A DNA stretch of 13,517 bases from Polyangiales bacterium (GTDB lineage Bacteria; Myxococcota_A; Polyangia; Polyangiales; Houyiibacteriaceae). Every line of letters starts with the position of its first letter. Position 1 is the stretch's first letter. The position numbers were made by a program, and so were the translations under genes. The DNA lies in assembly GCA_045106895.1 (NCBI GenBank), contig JBGCFM010000193.1:1-13517 (forward strand), in the 5' to 3' direction. Of this stretch, positions 7,508-13,517 are shown one piece after another. The notes below the pieces were generated by a model. That model saw nothing but the letters and a program-made list of their open reading frames with translations, was not told where the DNA came from and did not search any database.

Positions 7508-8467
7508 TTAGAGCTCCTGTTCGCAGTGAACGAGTTCGCGGCTGTATTCGAAGTTTCCGTCGATTCCGTCGATTTGTTTCAACATCTGCCGCGTCGCCCA
7601 TCGCTGCCAAATGATCGCCACGACAAAGATGAGGTTCATCGCTACGAGACGGATCCACAGGTAGACGACAAGCTGGTCGGCCATTGCACACCACGCCATC
7701 AGATAGCTATGAGGTGCGAGGGAGGTGGCCGTCAGCAAGCGCATGGGCGCGAGGTTGTGTTTGCGATAGACCCCGGCGAAGTCTGGGTTGCTCTTGGCGC
7801 GGGCGCGAAGCTCGTTTGAGTGCGGGTCAAACCAGCGGATCAGACGCTGCTGCTGCCGCAAGTAGGGCAACATCACATGCTTGATCGCGATGTAGGAGAT
7901 GAGTCCCTTTGTGCGCGCTTCGTCCACGCGATTCGCGACGTCCTCGTAGTCCTCTCCTTCGCCGCCGCCTGGTCGCGTCAGCCGCAGGTACGTCTCTTTG
8001 TAGTAGTCGTAGAGCGAAAGGTGCACTGTGGTCATGACCACTGCGGGGACCATCATCCAGAGATGCAGCACCTCGTGATGCTGAGTCCAAATGTGGTAGC
8101 CAGCGGGGACAACCGTAGCGACGGCAACGATCATGTCCGCCCAGCCGTCGATGGCTCGACCGAACTGTGACTGCATGTTCTTGGCGCGAGCTAGAATTCC
8201 ATCAGCGCCATCGAGGATCGCCGCGGTCCAAACGAGAAGGCCTCCGGCGACCATCGCGCCCCGCGTGCCCCAGAGGAACATCGCGCCGGCGGCGATACCG
8301 GTGAGGACCGCGAGCAACGTCACCATGTTTGGCGTCAGCTTCGTGCGCCAGATCGCCCAAACGAAACCATAGGCAGCCGGCCGATGAATGTGGACATTGA
8401 TGGGATCCTCCACCTCGCTGGACTTGAGCAAGGACTTTAGGGGAGGTATCTGTTCGGGAACCGACAT
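7508..8467 (-). CDS. CDP-alcohol phosphotransferase, about 319 aa
   Basis: Signature DGADGILARAKNMQSQFGRAIDGWAD, with LKSSEVEDPINVHIHRP...LTPN upstream. ATG 8467 preferred; GTG 8527 and GTG 8476 are alternatives. Confidence 0.9.
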   Translation of the reverse strand: MSVPEQIPPLKSLLKSSEVEDPINVHIHRPAAYGFVWAIWRTKLTPNMVTLLAVLTGIAAGAMFLWGTRGAMVAGGLLVWTAAILDGADGILARAKNMQSQFGRAIDGWADMIVAVATVVPAGYHIWTQHHEVLHLWMMVPAVVMTTVHLSLYDYYKETYLRLTRPGGGEGEDYEDVANRVDEARTKGLISYIAIKHVMLPYLRQQQRLIRWFDPHSNELRARAKSNPDFAGVYRKHNLAPMRLLTATSLAPHSYLMAWCAMADQLVVYLWIRLVAMNLIFVVAIIWQRWATRQMLKQIDGIDGNFEYSRELVHCEQEL

Positions 8468-8636
8468 TTCAATCACGTGTACAGCAAGTTGTGTGCCCGT
8501 CTCACTACTTCGGGGGTTTCTAGCCACTTTGTCGGGCCTAGATGGCGATCGTTATCAACAGGACAACACATGAGCGTTGAGACCGTGAATTTTTTGCATC
8601 ACTCCGTGGCTAGCCGAGTGACCACCACACCACACA

Positions 8637-9020
8637 CTATGATTCTGTTGGCACACGTGTGGCCCAAATGGCCCAGGCGATGAGTACGAACTGAATCGGC
8701 AGACGAATCCAAAGCCCCAGAGACGGAATGTCAGGGAACTCTTCGGGGTGAAGCGCCATGTGGATGTTCGCGGGGAAGACCGCGAGGAGTGTGGCAACAG
8801 CGGCCCACCCGGAGTGTGGACGCAGCTTTGGAAGGAGGAGCGCGAGACCCACAATTATTTCGACGACGCCCGAAATTGCGACGAGGGCGGCGTGTGCTGG
8901 CAGGTAACCCGGCATGATCGCGACGTAGAACTCGGGGTTGATGAAGTGGTTGATGCCGGCCCCGATGAAGAGCAGGCCGAAGAGGACGCGAAGCGCGGTC
9001 CGGATTCGTTCACGAGTCAT
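8637..9020 (-). CDS. DoxX-like membrane protein, 127 aa
   Basis: 4 TM segments with the motifs AGINHF..P..Y..IMP, SGVVEI, AVFPANIHMA and RLPIQ, typical of this DoxX-like subfamily. Confidence 0.85.
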   Translation of the reverse strand: MTRERIRTALRVLFGLLFIGAGINHFINPEFYVAIMPGYLPAHAALVAISGVVEIIVGLALLLPKLRPHSGWAAVATLLAVFPANIHMALHPEEFPDIPSLGLWIRLPIQFVLIAWAIWATRVPTES

Positions 9021-9053
9021 GACCCGTCGTACGGTGTTGTTCGCGGATGCGCA

Positions 9054-9542
9054 CTAGCTTCGTGCGAAAAGCAGGAGGCGCAGGTCCAGCTCGTAGCGGA
9101 GGTAGTCCGGCTCCATGTGCTCACACAGACGGTAGAACGCCTTGTCGTGCTCTTTGTGACGAAGATGGGCGAGCTCATGAACGACGACCATTCGGAGGAA
9201 CTCTCCGGGGAGTTCTTTGAACACGCTGGCGATGCGTATCTCGTTCTGCGCCTTGAGCTTGCTGCCCTGAACGCGGACAGCATAGGTGTGAAGACCAAGC
9301 GCCTGGTGAAGCGTGCTGATGCGGTCGTCGTAACGGACCTTCGCGAGTGGAGGCGACGAGCGAAGATGCTTGCGCTTGAGGTCTTTGGCGTAGCGATAGA
9401 GCGCCGCGCTATTGGGGACGTCATGGGTCTCGGAATAGCGAGACAAGAGGCGCTTCTCGAGGACGCCTTCGCTGCGCAGAGCGTGCGCGCGCGCGCGTGC
9501 CTCTTCAGGGTATCCGGCGAGGTAGTCGACTTCATGGGCCAT
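9054..9542 (-). CDS. ygjP: YgjP-like HExxH zinc metallohydrolase (short E. coli YgjP type; E. coli enzyme annotated as UTP pyrophosphatase), 162 aa
   Basis: YLAGYP, ALGLHT..RVQGSKLKA, and FLRMVVVHELAHLRHKEHDKAFYRLCEHMEPDY are closely collinear with E. coli YgjP as recalled. Start overlaps the lysR stop by 11 bp. Confidence 0.88.
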   Translation of the reverse strand: MAHEVDYLAGYPEEARARAHALRSEGVLEKRLLSRYSETHDVPNSAALYRYAKDLKRKHLRSSPPLAKVRYDDRISTLHQALGLHTYAVRVQGSKLKAQNEIRIASVFKELPGEFLRMVVVHELAHLRHKEHDKAFYRLCEHMEPDYLRYELDLRLLLFARS

Positions 9543-10434
9543 GGGCGGATAGCGCTTTCGTCATCGCGTCGATAAAAACACGAACGCGGGGTGGAGTGTG
9601 ATCGCGTGAGGGCCGAACCACGTAGACACCCACTTTTCGCCTGCGCCATCCCGGCAAGACGCGAACGAGCGCTCCTTCGCGAAGAAGCGCTCGCACTAGA
9701 ATCTCCGGCAAGACGACAAAGCCGACGCCGGCCCTCGCCAAGTCGATGGCGGCCCTCGCCGTCGACACGAGGGCCCGGTGGCGGACGGCGCTTAGCTCAG
9801 CACGGGCACCCTTGGGCCCACGAAAGACGACACGTCTAGACAGCACCTCGCGGTGAGCGAGCCAAGGCGCGTCACGTAGATCACCTGGCTTCGCCGGCGA
9901 CCACTTCTGATGAAGCGCCGGTGCCGCGACAATGATCTCTTCGTCACTAGCGATCTTCTTGACGACGAGCTGTGAGTCTTTTGGGACGCCAAGCCGGACA
10001 GTCACCTCTACCGAGGTGTCGATGAGATCGATCTTGCGGTCGTCGTAGAACACATCCACGTCGAGCGCTGGGTACTCTTCGCAAAGCGCGGCCAAGACAG
10101 GTGTGACGAAATGTGCACCCAAGTCGGTCTGAGCACCCACCCGAAGCGTGCCCATCGGGCCCTCATGCCGGGACTCGACAAGAGAGCTCACGGTCGCGCT
10201 CAGGGAGACCATGCGCTCCGCCGTTTGGTAGACCTTTGAGCCGACTTCAGTCAGTCGTTGTTGCCGCGTCGTCCGTTCCATCAGCCGCACACCGAGTCGC
10301 TCTTCGAGAGTCCGAAGGTGAGTGCTGACAACGCTCTTCGTCACCCCCAGCTCCGCCGCGGCTCTTGTGAAGCTGCCGTTTCGCACGATGGCGGCAAAGA
10401 CGAAGAGCAGGTGTTGGTCACGGGCCTCGAGCAT
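9532..10434 (-). CDS. LysR-family transcriptional regulator (CrgA/DmlR-like), 300 aa
   Basis: N-terminal HTH GSFTRAAAELGVTKSVVSTHLRTLEERLGVRLMERTTR, then PMGTLRV, and a C-terminal GALVRVLPGW...PPRVRVFID substrate-binding domain. Confidence 0.95.
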   Translation of the reverse strand: MLEARDQHLLFVFAAIVRNGSFTRAAAELGVTKSVVSTHLRTLEERLGVRLMERTTRQQRLTEVGSKVYQTAERMVSLSATVSSLVESRHEGPMGTLRVGAQTDLGAHFVTPVLAALCEEYPALDVDVFYDDRKIDLIDTSVEVTVRLGVPKDSQLVVKKIASDEEIIVAAPALHQKWSPAKPGDLRDAPWLAHREVLSRRVVFRGPKGARAELSAVRHRALVSTARAAIDLARAGVGFVVLPEILVRALLREGALVRVLPGWRRRKVGVYVVRPSRDHTPPRVRVFIDAMTKALSAHGP

Positions 10435-10440
10435 TTCGCA

Positions 10441-10467
10441 TCATTGTATCACCAAACCGAACAATGA
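10441..10467. promoter_or_regulatory. Candidate LysR operator overlapping the lysR -10 element
   Basis: Inverted repeat TCATTGT-N13-ACAATGA in the 73-bp divergent gap. Its left arm overlaps the minus-strand TACAAT (10448-10443), 8 nt before the lysR ATG. Confidence 0.65.
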
Positions 10468-10507
10468 GTGAGATGGCGTGCCGTGCTCTCCCCGCTACGA
10501 AAAGCAC

Positions 10508-11320
10508 ATGAAGGTCGCTCCGTGTTTGTGCTTCGCCGTGCTGGTTGGTTGTGGTGCTCATACGAGCGCTCGAACGCCACGGGTTAATGCCATCGAGTTA
10601 CTGGAGGTCGGCATCAACGACGCGCGCCCGGAGGTAATTCGGCCGATGATCGGGGAGGTCTACACCCAGCACAATCCCCGCGTATCGGACGGCCCAGAGG
10701 GGCTCCTTAGCTTCGTCGCGGACTTCGCCGAGGTCCCTCGGTCACGTCGAGTGCAAATCGAGAACCTCCGCAGCTTTGAAGACGGGGAATTCGTTGTTCT
10801 ACACAGCCTCTACACGCGCGGCGCTCACAGGATCTCCGGTTTCGATGTCTTCCGGGTTCGGAATGGGCTCTTTGTTGAGCATTGGGATGTCGGCATGCCG
10901 GAGCGCGGACTAAACCCGAGCGGCCGCGGTTTGCTCGAGGGAGCCACGACAGATGCGCGTCAGACGGCGGATGCCGAGGTCACACGGCAACTGGCGACGG
11001 GCATCGTGCTGGGCCTCGTGGGGCGGGACGATACCTTGGTGGGGGTCGCCGAGAACGTGCTCCAACACGACCCGAGGATTGGCGACGGACGTCAGGCCTG
11101 GCTCGACTCACTTGGGCTTCAAGACGCGCTCGTCCATGAGGAACTGGTCCGAACACTCGCCGACAGCGCCTGGGCTCTGACGCAATCACGCGGCCGCAAA
11201 GGTGACGCGCCCGTGATCATCTACGACCTCTTCCATCAGCGAGAGGGTGAAGTCGTGGAGCATTGGGTTGTTTGGGAGCGAGTCCCTGCGCGCATGCGGC
11301 ACAACAACGGAATGCTCTAG
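10508..11320 (+). CDS. Tandem SnoaL-like/NTF2-family protein with a predicted lipoprotein signal, about 270 aa
   Basis: Two repeats, YTQHNPRVSDG...FDVFR...VEHWD and VLQHDPRIGDG...YDLFH...VEHWV, and a C-terminal HNNGML. From ATG 10508 the N-terminus is MKVAPCLCFAVLVG-C (lipobox-like). Confidence 0.85.
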   Translation: MKVAPCLCFAVLVGCGAHTSARTPRVNAIELLEVGINDARPEVIRPMIGEVYTQHNPRVSDGPEGLLSFVADFAEVPRSRRVQIENLRSFEDGEFVVLHSLYTRGAHRISGFDVFRVRNGLFVEHWDVGMPERGLNPSGRGLLEGATTDARQTADAEVTRQLATGIVLGLVGRDDTLVGVAENVLQHDPRIGDGRQAWLDSLGLQDALVHEELVRTLADSAWALTQSRGRKGDAPVIIYDLFHQREGEVVEHWVVWERVPARMRHNNGML

Positions 11321-11356
11321 GTCGAGGCGACGCCGAAGCGACGCGAAGCCGCTTTC

Positions 11357-11560
11357 TTACTTCTCGACGACGACGAGCCAGTAAGACGAGTCGTCTTTGG
11401 TGCCGGAACCTGGCGTGACGCTGACGGAAACCCAACCTTCGCCGAGAAGGCCTGGGAGCGCGTGTTGCTCGTCGTTCTTCGCGTACTTCTTCTCGTCGGG
11501 GTCGCCCCCAAGAAGCCAAGATTCACCGTTGTCTGAAACCACTACAAAGCGCTGTGCCAT
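11357..11560 (-). CDS. Small hypothetical protein, 67 aa (weakly DUF4177-like)
   Basis: Fills the gap without overlap and has natural composition. The pattern beta - helix - LLGEGWVSVSV - YWLVVVEK recalls the 'G.EGWELV' small domains. Confidence 0.65.
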   Translation of the reverse strand: MAQRFVVVSDNGESWLLGGDPDEKKYAKNDEQHALPGLLGEGWVSVSVTPGSGTKDDSSYWLVVVEK

Positions 11561-11592
11561 GGGCGGGCTTTAGGCGAAGGATATGCGCTTCG

Positions 11593-11958
11593 TCAAGGCT
11601 GCTCGACGGAGTGCTCTTCGCAGACGCAGCGCTCGTCAAAGTAGGACTCACAGGCTCGCAGCGCATTGCCGCGGCTCGCGACTTGGTAGAAACGCGGCTC
11701 CACCGGCTGCTTTTCCGTCTGGCATTGATAGAACCCGAGCGTGCTGTTGCGCGGCTCTCCAAGTCTGTGCCGTTGCGTCGCCGCGGCGACGGCGATGACG
11801 GCGCCGTCGATCTGAGCGCCCAGTCGAAAGCCACGCCGCAGCCCTTGGCGACCGTTTGTCGCGGCACCGACGGTGGCCCCGATCAACGCGCACCCCATCT
11901 GCAGCGAGCTAAGAGCCAGGAGAGAGCCAAAGAGAAGAACGGTGAGGGCGGAGCGCAT
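11593..11958 (-). CDS. Hypothetical lipoprotein with a glycine-zipper-like segment and a four-Cys C-terminal domain, 121 aa
   Basis: Last 121 aa of track ORF 11593..12741, from ATG 11958: MRSALTVLLFGSLLALSSLQMG-C signal, then ALIGATVGAA, then C79/C103/C111/C113. Confidence 0.7.
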   Translation of the reverse strand: MRSALTVLLFGSLLALSSLQMGCALIGATVGAATNGRQGLRRGFRLGAQIDGAVIAVAAATQRHRLGEPRNSTLGFYQCQTEKQPVEPRFYQVASRGNALRACESYFDERCVCEEHSVEQP

Positions 11959-12084
11959 CTCGCAGACATTCGCAAGATATATGCCGGACGAAAGTGCCTT
12001 GAAGTAGCGACGTCGCCGCGATGAGGCGTGAATCCGGTGCGTCACCTTGAGCCCACTTGTCGCGCCATGCGCTAGGCTTGCCTC

Positions 12085-12717
12085 GTGGCGAACGAGCTCA
12101 CACCGAAGACCACCTACTATGCTCATCGATCGGCGCTTCAGCTGATGCTCTTCTTGTTGGGTGTCGTGTTGACGACGGCGGCGTGCATCTACGACGAAGC
12201 GCTCGTCTCGCCGCTGGTCCCCTTCGGGCTTGTGGCCATCGCGCTTCTCATTTCGGAGTTTGAACGAAAAGGTCTGCTCAAACCTTTCGCCCGCCGCACG
12301 GTCTGTGAGCTCGGCGCAGATGGAATGCGCATCGGCAAGCGCTTCATCGCCTGGCGCGACGTTCGCTGGGCCGAGCGCGACGAGGGCTACGCAGGATCCG
12401 GTGAAAACGCAGAGTACAACCGGCGCGTGAGTATTGGCCTGCGCGACGGCGGCACGATCTACGTGGAACCCTTCAATCCGCAATCGTTCGTTTCGGAAGT
12501 ACTGAGACGCTCGAAGCCCAAAGCCCGCGTCGACGACACCGTGGCGGAAGCCTATCGCGAAGCATCCGCGCCGAGTAGAGAGCAGCTGGTCCGCGTAGCC
12601 ATCGACGGCTCGGCGGAAGTACAGGAACGCATTCACGCCCTCGAGCGACTTGACGTCGAAGCGCGCACGCGCGTCGGCGAGGCGATCGTCGACGCGCGAC
12701 TTCAGTCCGAAAACTGA
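12085..12717 (+). CDS. Hypothetical membrane protein (2 TM + beta-rich PH-like region + helical tail), 210 aa
   Basis: Two N-terminal hydrophobic segments, then GADGMRIGKRFIAWRDVR (bacterial PH-like pattern) and a helical, HEAT-like C-terminus (AIDGSAEVQERIHALERL). Confidence 0.75.
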   Translation: MANELTPKTTYYAHRSALQLMLFLLGVVLTTAACIYDEALVSPLVPFGLVAIALLISEFERKGLLKPFARRTVCELGADGMRIGKRFIAWRDVRWAERDEGYAGSGENAEYNRRVSIGLRDGGTIYVEPFNPQSFVSEVLRRSKPKARVDDTVAEAYREASAPSREQLVRVAIDGSAEVQERIHALERLDVEARTRVGEAIVDARLQSEN

Positions 12718-12774
12718 AGCGCCGCACCTTCGGACGTGCACTCCGCGTCTCTTTCAGAGGGCGGAATCCGGTTG

Positions 12775-12790
12775 CGTGATCGACATCACA
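12775..12790. promoter_or_regulatory. CRP/FNR-family-like binding site
   Basis: CGTGA-TCGACA-TCACA matches the CRP core TGTGA-N6-TCACA at 9 of 10 positions, in intergenic DNA upstream of the BON gene. Confidence 0.5.
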
Positions 12791-12875
12791 TCGATCACCT
12801 CGGTGCGTGTGCGTGATCCATCGCGCGCGTGGACTCCACACACCGCTTGAGCGACAGCCACGCAACATCGGTTCG

Positions 12876-12893
12876 GATCAGCCATGGCTGATC
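12876..12893. repeat. Perfect 18-bp palindrome GATCAGCCATGGCTGATC
   Basis: Read directly; self-complementary about positions 12884/12885. Confidence 0.9.
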
Positions 12894-13069
12894 GAAACGC
12901 GCTTTTTCTTCCGAAACGTACGGTGAAACAGAGGCAGCGTAGGCAACACACCACGGCCCCTCGAAAGCACGCCCGCGTTGCCGGAAAACGGCCTTTCGGC
13001 GGAGGCATCTGGCGTGAATACAGTAGTTCGTCCGTCGTCTCGACACAGCCTCGGCACCGGAAGGAACGC

Positions 13070-13517
13070 GTCAGCACGCGACGCTTTATCGCGTCCACGA
13101 CACCCACCATCGGGTTCTTCCCCTACGGTCTACTCGGGCTACTCCTGATCGCAGGCACGCTGCTCTACGGCGTCACGCGTTTCGCAAACACCTCCATTGA
13201 GTCCGACGTTGAACGCTCCGTGCGCGACTCGCTTCGGGCAGACTTCCCGTGGGTCGATGTGTCCGTCAACGGACAGCACGTAACACTGAGCGGCGAAGGC
13301 TCGGAGCGCGACGGCGCCGCGGCCATGGAAGTCGCGCAGCGCACCGCAGGCTCTACCTGGGCAGGCGCATTGGTCGCGCCGGAGGACGTGAGCGGGGACT
13401 TTCGCCAGCCCCCCGCCGCGCCGGAACCTGCCTGGGCGGATTCTCGGGCGCAGCTCGAAGGCGGCGTTCTTACGCTGCGCGGCGAGGTGGCGGACGAGGA
13501 GAGTCGCCGAACCCTGG
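13070..13517 (+). CDS. Membrane-anchored BON-domain protein (probably OmpA/ArfA-like); 3' truncated, start uncertain
   Basis: Manual translation (absent from ORF track): ...STRRFIASTTPTIGFFPYGLLGLLLIAGTLLYGV (TM), IESDVERSVRDSLRADFPWVDVSVNGQHVTLSGEG (BON-like), a Pro/Ala linker, then AQLEGGVLTLRGEVADEESRRTL (second BON-like). The frame is open from 12851, with in-frame ATG 12884 and GTG 12923 as alternative starts. Confidence 0.8.

Noticed and set aside
3993..8467. Teichoic-acid, MprF or di-myo-inositol-phosphate interpretation of the cluster
   Set aside because: No TagB/TagF polymerase, no aminoacyl-transferase domain, and no intact IPCT or inositol-phosphate synthase in the window; the flippase-like and MMPL genes point to a lipid product.
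8599..8637. Hairpin TCACTC...GAGTGA and a CA-rich run downstream of doxX
   Set aside because: On the transcribed minus strand it is followed by A residues rather than a U-tract, so it is not a convincing terminator; the CA run is too short to be a real repeat.
8748..9649. 275-aa + ORF and 210-aa - ORF
   Set aside because: Antisense and alternative-frame shadows of doxX, ygjP and lysR, which have clear family motifs.
11327..11347. Near-tandem GCGACGCCGAA / GCGACGCGAA between convergent genes
   Set aside because: Only two short imperfect copies in GC-rich DNA, with no array or spacer structure.
11959..12741. N-terminal 261 aa of the 382-aa minus ORF
   Set aside because: Antisense to the 12085..12717 gene plus intergenic DNA; only the last 121 aa look like a real protein.
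12742..12765. GC-rich imperfect hairpin after the 12717 stop
   Set aside because: Bulged stem with no U-tract; insufficient to call a terminator.
1..13517. CRISPR arrays, tRNA/rRNA, transposases, integrases, reverse transcriptases or recognisable defence genes
   Set aside because: No repeat-spacer periodicity, cloverleaf or relevant catalytic motifs seen by eye; nearly all the sequence is accounted for by protein-coding genes.

Overview
GC-rich bacterial DNA, probably from a diderm (lipoprotein signals, BON-domain protein). The style of the hypothetical proteins suggests Myxococcota, but that is inference only. The core is a ~7 kb, six-gene lipid head-group biosynthesis and export cluster (1472-8467). 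It encodes an MMPL/RND transporter, three different CDP-alcohol phosphotransferases with intact catalytic motifs (one fused to a degenerate nucleotidyltransferase-like domain), a lysylphosphatidylglycerol-synthase-TM (flippase-like) protein and a TagD-like cytidylyltransferase. This suggests a pathway that activates a soluble head group as a CDP derivative, transfers it (possibly several times) to a lipid, then flips and exports the product. To the left lies a minus-strand gene absent from the ORF track (<1-1328) encoding a membrane protein with two [CxxC-x14-CxxC zinc ribbon + 2 TM] modules. To the right are a lysR-ygjP-doxX unit divergent from a tandem SnoaL/NTF2 lipoprotein, three small hypothetical genes and a 3'-truncated BON-domain membrane protein. 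Non-coding signals include a palindromic, probably bidirectional -10 promoter, apparent leaderless starts, a LysR operator, a CRP-like box and a perfect 18-bp palindrome. No RNA genes, CRISPR arrays or mobile elements were seen.
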